Positions 18,853 through 27,197 of a DNA stretch of 57,933 nt are shown piece after piece. The position numbers and the translations under genes are program-made. Each line of letters opens with the position of its first letter. Positions within the stretch are counted from its first letter, which is position 1. This DNA is from Omnitrophica WOR_2 bacterium RIFCSPHIGHO2_02_FULL_50_17. GTDB taxonomy: Bacteria; Omnitrophota; Gorgyraeia; Zapsychrales; Zapsychraceae. The notes under the pieces were generated by a model. It made no database searches and was not told the origin of the DNA. It worked only from the letters and a program-made list of their open reading frames with translations. The DNA lies in NCBI GenBank assembly GCA_001805645.1, contig MHGQ01000049.1, positions 6,283 through 64,215 on the forward strand, given 5' to 3'.

Positions 18853-20787
18853 TTAAGATCCCGGCAAAGAAAAATAAAATACAGAGCCTTTATCCGGCGC
18901 TGACTCTACCCATATACGCCCGCCGTGGCGCTCCACAATCTTTTTGCATACGGCAAGGCCGATGCCGCTGCCGGGGTATTCATCCCGGGGATACAGCCGC
19001 TGAAAAATCTGAAAAATCTTTTCATAATGTTCCGGCGCTATCCCGATGCCGTTATCCGTGACCGAAAAAACGAAAACCTTACCCTCCGGGCGGCAGGAAA
19101 TATGAACGCGCGGGGCGGTATCCTTTTTACGAAATTTAATGGCATTGGCGATAAGGTTCTGAAAAACCTGCACCATTTGAATATCATCCGCCCTGACCTT
19201 CGGCAGAGGATCCCGCGTAATCTCGACGCCATTTTCAACAATCGCCGGCTGGAGGTTTTGCATGGCCGCCTCCAACGCCTTTTCGCAGTCCATCAACGCA
19301 AGCTCTTTGGCACGGGTGCCCACCCGCGAAAACGTCAAAAGGTCGTTGAGAAGATCCTTCATCCTCTTGGCGCCGTCAACGGCAAACCCGATAAATTCAT
19401 CCGCGTCCGCGTCCAGCCGTCCCTGATAACGCCTAGCCAATAACTGCACATAACTGGCGACCATCCGCAGCGGCTCCTGCAAATCATGGGAGGCCACATA
19501 AGCAAACTGCTCCAGATCCTTGTTGGAGCGCTCCAGATCTTGGGCCTGATGGGCTAAGACATCCCTGGACTCCTCAAGCCGTTTCCTGGCCTCCTCGATA
19601 TCCTGCGTCAGATTGAGAGCCGCCATGCGCGAGGTCTTTAACTGTTCGAGACGCCGCTGTAAGTCCACCGTCAGTTTATTCAGTTCTTCCTCACTATGTT
19701 TACGTTCCGTGACATCCTGAAAAACCTCCAGGACAGCCCTTTTCCCGCCGTAACCCATCCCTGCATGAAAAATTTGGAATGCCCTGCCTCCAAATGCGCC
19801 GCCCACCTCTAAACTCTTGATTTGACCGGCGGGAATTCCCTTCCGCAAGGGACAATCGGTGCATTGATTCTTGTCGTCCTTATAAACAGACCAGCACCTC
19901 TGGCCGATGGCAGAGGTGCCGACGATGGTCTCAAGGACACGATTGACGTAAAGAATACGTCCGTCTTCATCCACGATATCCATGGCCAAGGGAATGGTCC
20001 CCAGGATCTTCTCACTCAACTCATTCGTCTGCCGGAGCTTATCCTGCACGTCCTTACGCTCTTGCGTCTCCCGCTGTAATTCATTGTTGGAACGCTCCAG
20101 CCTGACATTCGTCTCCCTCAATTCTTCCATCACTCTCTGATAAAATAAAACAATAAACCACACCACGATAAAATAGGCAAGCAGCCGTAAGCAATGCCAC
20201 CACCACCAGACAGGACACCATAAGCGGGAATATTCGAATAGAATGCCCGCGGCGCCCGATAAGGCGCACAGACCCGCCATCATCAATTCCAGCCAGTCCG
20301 GCCGCGCGCGGTAAAGTGTCATAAAGCGGACGGCGGCCATGGAAAAGAAAAGGCCGGCGGCGATATTCAATCCCCTGGCCGTCATGGAAAAATTCCCGCC
20401 GCTGACCATCACTGGGACCGCTTCCGAAAAACGAAGAGAGAAAAAGACCGTGCCAACCGTCATTACGACAACGAGTCTTGGCAGTCCTTGGGCCATCCGC
20501 GGCGAAATGAACCTCGAGGGAACCCAGGTCAAAGCAAAAAACAAACCGCCAACTAAAATAGCCAGGCTGTGCAGCCAGACAAAATTATTGCCGGTGCTGC
20601 TGACGGCGTGAAACAAATCCAAGATACCCATCCCCAAGAGGGCGCACAGGCTCCAGACGCCGTAAACAGGATCGACTCTGTGTTTCTCGGATAAAAGGAT
20701 AAGAAATGCCAGGGCAAAGGCCGCAAATGCCCCGCCCCCCTCCACAACCGCATGGAAGGGGGGATAAATCCATACAGGGTGCATCAA
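18853..20787 (-). CDS. Membrane-bound PAS sensor histidine kinase; probable 5' frameshift (natural start likely 20879)
   Basis: Multi-TM input, PAS, H-box FAYVASHDLQEPLRMV, NLIANAIKF, DNGIGI, GSGIGL. Confidence 0.92.
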   Translation of the reverse strand: MMHPVWIYPPFHAVVEGGGAFAAFALAFLILLSEKHRVDPVYGVWSLCALLGMGILDLFHAVSSTGNNFVWLHSLAILVGGLFFALTWVPSRFISPRMAQGLPRLVVVMTVGTVFFSLRFSEAVPVMVSGGNFSMTARGLNIAAGLFFSMAAVRFMTLYRARPDWLELMMAGLCALSGAAGILFEYSRLWCPVWWWWHCLRLLAYFIVVWFIVLFYQRVMEELRETNVRLERSNNELQRETQERKDVQDKLRQTNELSEKILGTIPLAMDIVDEDGRILYVNRVLETIVGTSAIGQRCWSVYKDDKNQCTDCPLRKGIPAGQIKSLEVGGAFGGRAFQIFHAGMGYGGKRAVLEVFQDVTERKHSEEELNKLTVDLQRRLEQLKTSRMAALNLTQDIEEARKRLEESRDVLAHQAQDLERSNKDLEQFAYVASHDLQEPLRMVASYVQLLARRYQGRLDADADEFIGFAVDGAKRMKDLLNDLLTFSRVGTRAKELALMDCEKALEAAMQNLQPAIVENGVEITRDPLPKVRADDIQMVQVFQNLIANAIKFRKKDTAPRVHISCRPEGKVFVFSVTDNGIGIAPEHYEKIFQIFQRLYPRDEYPGSGIGLAVCKKIVERHGGRIWVESAPDKGSVFYFSLPGS

Positions 20788-20875
20788 AAAACATCAAGGA
20801 TAACGCCTCCAGCGACGGGGAGGATAATTCCGAAAAACAAAATCCACACGACAGCCTTTGAGAATGACGGCGGCC

Positions 20876-21328
20876 TCATGAGCCTATATCCTCTTTTCTC
20901 TTCAATCTGACCAAAAACTTAAGGTCTTCGATGTCCTTCGGCCGCCCCGCGGCTCGCTTCATTTCTATAAGACTGTCCAATGAAGCAAACCAGGCGAAGG
21001 TGCTGCCGAACTTCGCCTTCACCTTATCTTCCCAAACCTTCTCAAAGGTTATTCCTTTGACAAAGGGGTGAATATCCGTCTCGACGATATATTGCCGTAT
21101 CAACAGTTTCTTCGTTAAGATATCCTTGACGGTCACGTCCGTAACGTCATAACCAAAATCCCTCAACGCCTCCCGAGTCCTATGCGCATTGGATTCCTCC
21201 GGTTCTATGAATATATCAATGTCCAGCGTGGCGCGGGAATAGCCGTGAATGGGGAAAGCCGTCGCGCCGATGACGACGAACTTCACCTTATGTTCTTTTA
21301 ATGATTTGAGTAGTTTTTCCGTATCCAT
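20876..21328 (-). CDS. Minimal nucleotidyltransferase-fold protein (putative TA component)
   Basis: VVIGATAFPIHGYSRATLDIDIFI (G..DxD motif) and C-terminal MKRAAGRPKDIEDL. Confidence 0.85.
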   Translation of the reverse strand: MDTEKLLKSLKEHKVKFVVIGATAFPIHGYSRATLDIDIFIEPEESNAHRTREALRDFGYDVTDVTVKDILTKKLLIRQYIVETDIHPFVKGITFEKVWEDKVKAKFGSTFAWFASLDSLIEMKRAAGRPKDIEDLKFLVRLKRKEDIGS

Positions 21329-21470
21329 ATTTTCCGGCGAGCCTGCGCATCTCCTGGGTTTTCTTAAACATCATCTGGAATCTCTGTCTCGTCGTTAAAG
21401 ACAAAAGATACTTCAGCTCAAACTCGATCTCTCTGTTTTCGTCGTGTTTGCTTAACTTCAATACGGCCAT
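21288..21470 (-). CDS. Small hypothetical protein, putative partner of the nucleotidyltransferase
   Basis: 60 aa, good SD (GAGAGGGG), overlaps the NTase start; typical two-gene layout. Confidence 0.7.
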   Translation of the reverse strand: MAVLKLSKHDENREIEFELKYLLSLTTRQRFQMMFKKTQEMRRLAGKYGYGKTTQIIKRT

Positions 21471-21512
21471 AACCCCTCTCTCGGCTGTTTTACTCCCCTG
21501 TCCCCGGCGGCC

Positions 21513-23207
21513 TCATGAGCCTGCATCCTTAAAAGAAAGGTCGTAGGGCGGTTCTTTGCCCGCCTGACGGGAAAGCTCGTTAATCTGCTGTTTAAGCTCC
21601 ACAATACGCAATTCGCGCCCAGCGGCCAGCTGGTTAAACCGCTCCAGCTCCTCATTGGACTTGGACAATTCTACGGTGCGCTCCAGTAATGCCTCCCGGG
21701 CCCATTCCCGTTCTGTGATATCAACAGCCATGCCGGAGAGCAACCTCTTGCCCTCCAGAGTGGCACTGATTAAAATCTTTTTGGGTTTATGATTCTTAGT
21801 TACCACATCCAGCTCATAGTTATCCACCCTGCCCGATTCCTTGAGTCTCGCGATAAAAACCTCACGGTCCTGCGGGTTCTCATATCGAGCAACAACCCTG
21901 GTCTTTTTCATCTCCTCAGGAGAGTCAAATTCCATCATCTTGGCCATGGCGTCGTTAACATAAAAAATTTGGCCATCCAGGGATGAACTGAAGACACCCA
22001 CCAGGGCGTTATCCACCAGATTACGGTATTTCTCTTCGGATCGCCTCAAATGTTCTTCCGCTTCCTTTCTTCGGCGCATTTCCTCATCAAGGCTATCCCG
22101 GCTGGCCATGACCTTTTTCAAATTTGCCGTCATCTGATCAAACGCCCTGGAAAGCTGGCCTATCTCGTCTTTCGCGTTTGTGCCGACTTTATAATCGAGG
22201 TTCCCCCGGCCAATAGTCTCGACTCCTTTATGCAAGGCGCGAATCGGGTCTGAGATTATCTTTGCCGTCGCCCAAACAACCAACGCCACAATCAACAAAA
22301 CAATGCCCTCAAAAAAGACAAGCATGTCTCTCAACTTATCAATTCGCTCAAAGGCCTCCTCTTTATCCTGCTCAGCCACGAGCGTCCATTTAAAATCACC
22401 CAGGGAAAGGCACATGGAGGAGCCAACGACCGGCACCCTACGGTAATCGAGCCACTCACCCCTAACCTCAGTATCTTCCTCAAGACATTTCCTCACAGGA
22501 TAGGTGTCCACGCGCTGACGGAAGGCGGAATTATCCATGAACCGAGAACTTGTGACCATAACTCTGTCCTGATTGACGATATACGTCTCGTCGGTCCTGG
22601 CGATATGCTGAAACTGGGTCTTGGCGCCGATATCCAGTTTAAACCTGCCGGTCATAATCCTGTCCAGCATCGCCATATTGAAATGATTGACAAGAATGCC
22701 GATGACCTGGGTGTGGCCCCGCTTTCTTATGGGAGCGGCCACCTCTATCCCAACGGTACCGTCTAATGCCTTATGAAGATCAGCGATGTAAGGGGAATTG
22801 GTCCCATGGATGAAATATTTTTTCGCGGATTCATCCAGACCGACCCTGGCGGGGATGGTGGAGGCCGCAACCTTGCCCGACGCATCAAGGATATCTATAA
22901 AATTCAAATTCTCCTCAAGGATTTTTTTGCGCTTTAAGAGGTATTCATTAAGATTTTCCCCTGTCGTCCCTGCTTCCAAAGACTCGGCGATAAAACCGTC
23001 GGAGGCAAAATCCTCCGTCCTTGTCTTTAACCGGCTTAAATTCAAAAGAACCTCCCCCTCCCTGATCTCCGAGACAACATATAAAGCGTTTAAGGCGGCC
23101 CGGTGAAGGAAATCCTTGGTCCCGTAAAAACTCACCACGCCCAAAAAGGCGAGGGAGATCAATAGGATGAAAAAAAATAAAATTAAGAGCTTCGTTCTAA
23201 TGGACAT
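21513..23207 (-). CDS. Cache-HAMP-PAS sensor lacking a kinase/output domain
   Basis: 2 TM, periplasmic Cache-like region, HAMP (DEIGQLSRAFDQM), PAS, ends in coiled coil AGRELRIVELKQQI; no H-box or HATPase. Confidence 0.85.
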   Translation of the reverse strand: MSIRTKLLILFFFILLISLAFLGVVSFYGTKDFLHRAALNALYVVSEIREGEVLLNLSRLKTRTEDFASDGFIAESLEAGTTGENLNEYLLKRKKILEENLNFIDILDASGKVAASTIPARVGLDESAKKYFIHGTNSPYIADLHKALDGTVGIEVAAPIRKRGHTQVIGILVNHFNMAMLDRIMTGRFKLDIGAKTQFQHIARTDETYIVNQDRVMVTSSRFMDNSAFRQRVDTYPVRKCLEEDTEVRGEWLDYRRVPVVGSSMCLSLGDFKWTLVAEQDKEEAFERIDKLRDMLVFFEGIVLLIVALVVWATAKIISDPIRALHKGVETIGRGNLDYKVGTNAKDEIGQLSRAFDQMTANLKKVMASRDSLDEEMRRRKEAEEHLRRSEEKYRNLVDNALVGVFSSSLDGQIFYVNDAMAKMMEFDSPEEMKKTRVVARYENPQDREVFIARLKESGRVDNYELDVVTKNHKPKKILISATLEGKRLLSGMAVDITEREWAREALLERTVELSKSNEELERFNQLAAGRELRIVELKQQINELSRQAGKEPPYDLSFKDAGS

Positions 23208-23238
23208 CGGTTAATGGCCTTATATTCTTTTAAAATCT

Positions 23239-23247
23239 ATTTTAACA
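23239..23247 (-). promoter_or_regulatory. Putative extended -10 promoter for the signalling block
   Basis: TGTTAAAAT (TGnTAAAAT) in a very AT-rich 76-nt gap; no good -35. Confidence 0.35.
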
Positions 23248-23283
23248 TTGCCGCTTTTAAATTAAATTAGAAACATTATTATT

Positions 23284-24900
23284 TTATTTATAGGGAGGGA
23301 AGGCCGGCTTATCGGTTTTCTCGCTGACATCGCCGGTCATAATCTTGGGCGTTAAAAAGATTACGATCTCAGTTTTGGAAACCGAGTCGCTTTGGCTGCG
23401 GAAGGCAATGCCTAAAAGAGGGATATCCCCCAAAAGGGGGACTTTTTTGGTTGATTTAATCGTCTCTTCCTTGATGAGTCCGCCGATCACGATCGAGACG
23501 CCGTCTTTGACCATGACAGTCGTCTCGGCCTCCGAGGTCTCGACAATGGGGATCGTGTTGTTGTTGCTGGTCGTCAGATTGCTGGTGACGGAGCTCACCT
23601 CAGGCTTGATCTTCATGGTGATAAACCCGTCATTGTGGATGGTGGGGGTGACGAACAATTTGATGCCCACCTCAATAAAATTGACGCTCTCAGCCGTCGT
23701 GGTTGGGCCTGAGGCGGGTGTAGTTGTGGTTGTGGTCACGTAGGGTTCTGTCGAGCCGACCAAAATTTTGGCCTCTTTATTGTTGACGGCCGTAATCCGC
23801 GGGCTGGAAAGGATGTTGGTCACCCCCACGGTATCCAGGGCTTCAATAAGGGCCGTGTAATCGTCGCTCGAGAGCGTCCCGATGCTGAGCTTTCCTTTTT
23901 TATCCGCCGCCCCTAAGACGTCGAAATCGCCGATCAGATCCAGGCTGTGGTAGTTCGAGACAATAGCCTCCCAGTCCACCCCCATCTTATGCTCGTTATT
24001 AAGGGCGATCTGGATGATCTTGGCCTCAATCAGGACTTGTTTATCTTTCTCGTCAAAGGCCTCGATAATCCGGCGGACTTTGTTCATGACCTGCGCGGTA
24101 TCCGAGACGACAATCTTGTTGGAGCGTTCGTCGAATTTCATGGTGCCGATCGCGGGCGTCAAAACCTCTGTAACCTTGCCGGAGATATCCTCGGCCTTGG
24201 CATACCCCAGAGGAAAAACTTCTGTCTCGACGGAGACATCCACCTGCTGGATAATCCCCTCCATCTCCTCCAGCTTTTTCGACTCGTCCATAAGGATCAA
24301 CGTACCGGATTTGGAGTCGGCAATGACCTTGCCGGCTTTCCCCTTGACCTCATTAAGGATAACCGCCACATCCGGCGCCTTGGCAAACAGAAGCTGGCGA
24401 ATGCGCGTGCGGACCTCCTGGCCGAATTTATGGCCGTACTTGGCCTCATACTCCTGGTCGGTCATGACTTTAAGGATGCCGCTCGCCGAGTCCGTCGGAG
24501 TCTGACGACCGTCTTCTATGTAGGCCCAGCCGTAGGCCTCGACGATAATCCTTAAGGCCTCCTTCACCTCGATATCTTTCAGGAAAACCGTGACCCTTCC
24601 CTTGACATTCTGTCCTGCCACGATATTCAGCCCGCTTTTCTGCGAGATCAGCTTCAAGACATCCAGGATGTCCATGTTCTTCAAATCCAGGACATCCAAA
24701 ATCTTCTTCTCTCCTTTTTGCGACGATGAGGGGACAGATGAGCCGGCAGAAACAGGCACAGCGGCTTCCTCCTCGGCAACCAAAGGAATGGTCCCCAAAG
24801 AGACAGGGGGCTCCGTCTCCTCGGCCGCGGCAAAAGTCACAAGACAAGCGGACAGGCCCAGCGCAACGCAAAAACTTAATAAAAAGAGATGTGCCCTCAT
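23284..24900 (-). CDS. gspD: Secretin (GspD/PilQ family)
   Basis: Signal peptide from 24900 (ORF track 24939), STN/N0 and N3 repeats, QVLIEAKII, ILSSPRI, GIKLFVTP, IVIGGLI, LLGDIPLLG. Confidence 0.93.
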   Translation of the reverse strand: MRAHLFLLSFCVALGLSACLVTFAAAEETEPPVSLGTIPLVAEEEAAVPVSAGSSVPSSSQKGEKKILDVLDLKNMDILDVLKLISQKSGLNIVAGQNVKGRVTVFLKDIEVKEALRIIVEAYGWAYIEDGRQTPTDSASGILKVMTDQEYEAKYGHKFGQEVRTRIRQLLFAKAPDVAVILNEVKGKAGKVIADSKSGTLILMDESKKLEEMEGIIQQVDVSVETEVFPLGYAKAEDISGKVTEVLTPAIGTMKFDERSNKIVVSDTAQVMNKVRRIIEAFDEKDKQVLIEAKIIQIALNNEHKMGVDWEAIVSNYHSLDLIGDFDVLGAADKKGKLSIGTLSSDDYTALIEALDTVGVTNILSSPRITAVNNKEAKILVGSTEPYVTTTTTTPASGPTTTAESVNFIEVGIKLFVTPTIHNDGFITMKIKPEVSSVTSNLTTSNNNTIPIVETSEAETTVMVKDGVSIVIGGLIKEETIKSTKKVPLLGDIPLLGIAFRSQSDSVSKTEIVIFLTPKIMTGDVSEKTDKPAFPPYK

Positions 24901-24947
24901 AAATACCCTTGAGAATCCTTGTTTGTCCACGGCCCACATTACACTAT

Positions 24948-25577
24948 TTAAGGAACCAATTCCACTTTTTCCTCATGAAAGATGAGGATAACCTTGTCTT
25001 CCCTGATCTCCTCGACCAAGGCCTCGCCGATCCGCTCCCCCGTAGACACAAAAAACGTCTGTTGAGTGGCCGCATCCTCGATAATAGCCTTGGGGTCATT
25101 GTCCAAAAGAATACCGACCAGCTTCAACTGCCTGCCGATCTCAGAGGCGGAGCCGGCTAAGGAGGAGGCTGTGCCTTCAGACTTCTGCCAGGGATTCTGA
25201 AAAAAATCCCGTCCCGCGATTTCCTCATCGTAGAAATCAAAAGGCCTGGGGTCGGAGATATCCCCTTGTTCCCAAACAGGTATCTTTTCAGCCGCCCCGT
25301 CGCCTAAAGTCATATCCTCCGTCGTTAAGCGCCCTTTTAGAGAATACCAGAGGACAAGGGACAAAAAAATACCTGCGGCAGCGACGGCCAGGACACGGTT
25401 GGAAACGTCCAAGAAATCACGCCGGGCATTTCCCTCCGCTTCGCCTCCTCCAGCGCCTGAGATGCCGGGAACCCTCTCGTCTTTTTTACGCCTCCCGGCC
25501 TTAACCGGAGCACTTTTCTTGCGGATAAGCCTTAAGAGTTTTTCCTCCGAGGAGATCTGTTTCTCCGTCAATTCCAT
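24948..25577 (-). CDS. GspC/PilP-like protein
   Basis: TM segment, RDFFQNP, LKLVGILL...AIIED beta domain; adjacent to the secretin. Confidence 0.7.
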   Translation of the reverse strand: MELTEKQISSEEKLLRLIRKKSAPVKAGRRKKDERVPGISGAGGGEAEGNARRDFLDVSNRVLAVAAAGIFLSLVLWYSLKGRLTTEDMTLGDGAAEKIPVWEQGDISDPRPFDFYDEEIAGRDFFQNPWQKSEGTASSLAGSASEIGRQLKLVGILLDNDPKAIIEDAATQQTFFVSTGERIGEALVEEIREDKVILIFHEEKVELVP

Positions 25578-26389
25578 CCCTTCTCCTCTGCGATAATCTT
25601 ATCGATCAACTCCGCCGTAATCATCTCATAATCCCCCACCATCAGATACTCCATCGCCTTATGGCAGATAAGGGCGATCTGTCGGGGATAGCCTTGAGTG
25701 TGTTCATACACCCTTTGGACAGCCTCACGGCTGAGGAGACTGCGCTCGCCCTTGTATCCGGCCTGCCTCAATCGGAATTCGATGAGACGGCCCGTTTCAT
25801 GCTCATCGAGGGGATTGATCATATATTTCAGGCTGACCCTGTCCATGAAGTTACGGACCCTTTTGATGCGCGGCAGCAATTCCACCTGGGCCAAGATAAC
25901 CAGTTGCAGCATCTTGTATTCATTGGTCTCGTAATTCAACAGTGTCCTTAAGACCTCCAGATGCGGCTGCGTCAGTTTCTGTCCCTCGTCGATGATGAGA
26001 ATAACGGTCTTTTGCTGTTCCACGCATTTCTGGAAAAGATACTTTTCCATGGCCTCGCGGTGATCGAGAGTGGAGCGAAAAAACGGGCTGATCCCAAACA
26101 GCTTCGTCAGATGCGCCCAAAACTGATATTCCGACTTAAAGACGGGATCCAGGATAAGGTGAAAAACGAAGTCTTCCTCGCCGTAAAAAGACTGGAGGAG
26201 TGCCCGCGAAAGGGTGGTCTTGCCTGTTCCCACATCTCCCAGGATCAGACTCAGGCCGCGCCTTAAGCGGATGGCAATCTCCAAACGGTTGAGCGCGGTG
26301 TAATGCTCCTTGGAACGGTAAAAAAAGGCCGGGTCCGGGCTTGTCGAGAATGGTTCCCGTTCTAATTTAAGAGCCGCCAGATAACTCAT
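25568..26389 (-). CDS. ExeA/MshM-type AAA ATPase
   Basis: REPFSTSPDPAFFY, GDVGTGKTT, LIIDEGQ, QGYPRQI. Confidence 0.92.
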   Translation of the reverse strand: MSYLAALKLEREPFSTSPDPAFFYRSKEHYTALNRLEIAIRLRRGLSLILGDVGTGKTTLSRALLQSFYGEEDFVFHLILDPVFKSEYQFWAHLTKLFGISPFFRSTLDHREAMEKYLFQKCVEQQKTVILIIDEGQKLTQPHLEVLRTLLNYETNEYKMLQLVILAQVELLPRIKRVRNFMDRVSLKYMINPLDEHETGRLIEFRLRQAGYKGERSLLSREAVQRVYEHTQGYPRQIALICHKAMEYLMVGDYEMITAELIDKIIAEEKGWN

Positions 26390-26420
26390 AACGAATAGAA
26401 CTCCATATATGACAATATAT

Positions 26421-26454
26421 TATGTTTAACTCTCTGGGCGGAGAGTTAAACATA
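26421..26454. promoter_or_regulatory. Perfect 14-bp inverted repeat upstream of the exeA-like gene (operator or terminator)
   Basis: TATGTTTAACTCTC-tgggcg-GAGAGTTAAACATA. Confidence 0.6.
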
Positions 26455-26456
26455 TT

Positions 26457-26483
26457 TTTATACACCCGCGCCTCTTTTGTCAA
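26457..26483 (-). promoter_or_regulatory. Putative internal sigma70 promoter for exeA-gspC-secretin
   Basis: TTGACA at 26483-26478 then TATAAA after 15 nt; spacing is suboptimal. Confidence 0.4.
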
Positions 26484-26527
26484 CCAAAATTCAAATTTTT
26501 TCGTAATTGATCGAGAGAGTTCGATAG

Positions 26528-26627
26528 TTCCCCTCCCCTTGCGAGAGGGGCTAGGGGAGGGGGATCGTCGACGGAAACAGTCCTCAACTATCCCCCTCTC
26601 TGACCCTCCCCACGAAGGGGGAGGGAA
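26528..26627. repeat. Bipartite G/C-tract palindromic element (BoxC-like)
   Basis: TTCCCCTCCCCTTGCGAGAGGGGCTAGGGGAGGGGGAT ... ATCCCCCTCTCTGACCCTCCCCACGAAGGGGGAGGGAA; two inverted halves, each a small hairpin. Confidence 0.8.
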
Positions 26628-26652
26628 AAACTTGGAATAGCTTCCAGACGAA

Positions 26653-27192
26653 TCAGGGGAGAGATATCTTCTCCAGCACGATCTGGGTTCGGATGGTCGT
26701 GGCAGTCATGGCGGCCCCCTTCTCGAAGTGGACTTCTTCAATGCGAAAGAGATGCGGATCGTTTTGCAGGATATACAAAAAATGCAGGACATCGGCAAAA
26801 TCGCTCTCCAGACTGAGGCTCACCGAGAACCGATTATAAAATTCTTCCTTTTTGACCTTGTTAGGTTTCAGGTTCGAGATGCGTAAGTTCAATCCGCCTG
26901 CCACCTCTTCTATCTCGGCGAGGATAGACGACATCGCCTGCTCGTTGCTTTTGGACTGCTTGAATTTCTTCAAATAGGGGTCATATTTTCTCTCGAGGGA
27001 CTCGGCCTCGCGGATCATACGCAGGTTCTGGCTCAACTTTCTTTGATGAGCCCCGATAGATTGATCCAACAGGATAATTTTTTCATGGAAGGGGCGCACC
27101 AGACCGTTATAGCCCATATAAATAAAAGCCAAAATCAGGCAAACGGCAAAAATGTTTTGCTCGCGTTGCGTGAGGCGTCTGACTGTTATCAT
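26653..27192 (-). CDS. GspM/PilO-like protein
   Basis: RLTQREQ start, TM, coiled coil, FSVSLSLESDFADVLHFL. Confidence 0.8.
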   Translation of the reverse strand: MITVRRLTQREQNIFAVCLILAFIYMGYNGLVRPFHEKIILLDQSIGAHQRKLSQNLRMIREAESLERKYDPYLKKFKQSKSNEQAMSSILAEIEEVAGGLNLRISNLKPNKVKKEEFYNRFSVSLSLESDFADVLHFLYILQNDPHLFRIEEVHFEKGAAMTATTIRTQIVLEKISLP

Positions 27193-27197
27193 CTCAT

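Larger units (their letters stand above)
20868..21522. mobile_element. Two-gene cassette bounded by exact 18-bp direct repeats
   Basis: CGGCGGCCTCATGAGCCT at 20868-20885 and 21505-21522. Confidence 0.7.

Noticed and set aside
11375-23207. Chemosensory (Pil-Chp-like) system
   Set aside because: No CheA, CheW, CheR/B or MCP signalling domain was recognised.
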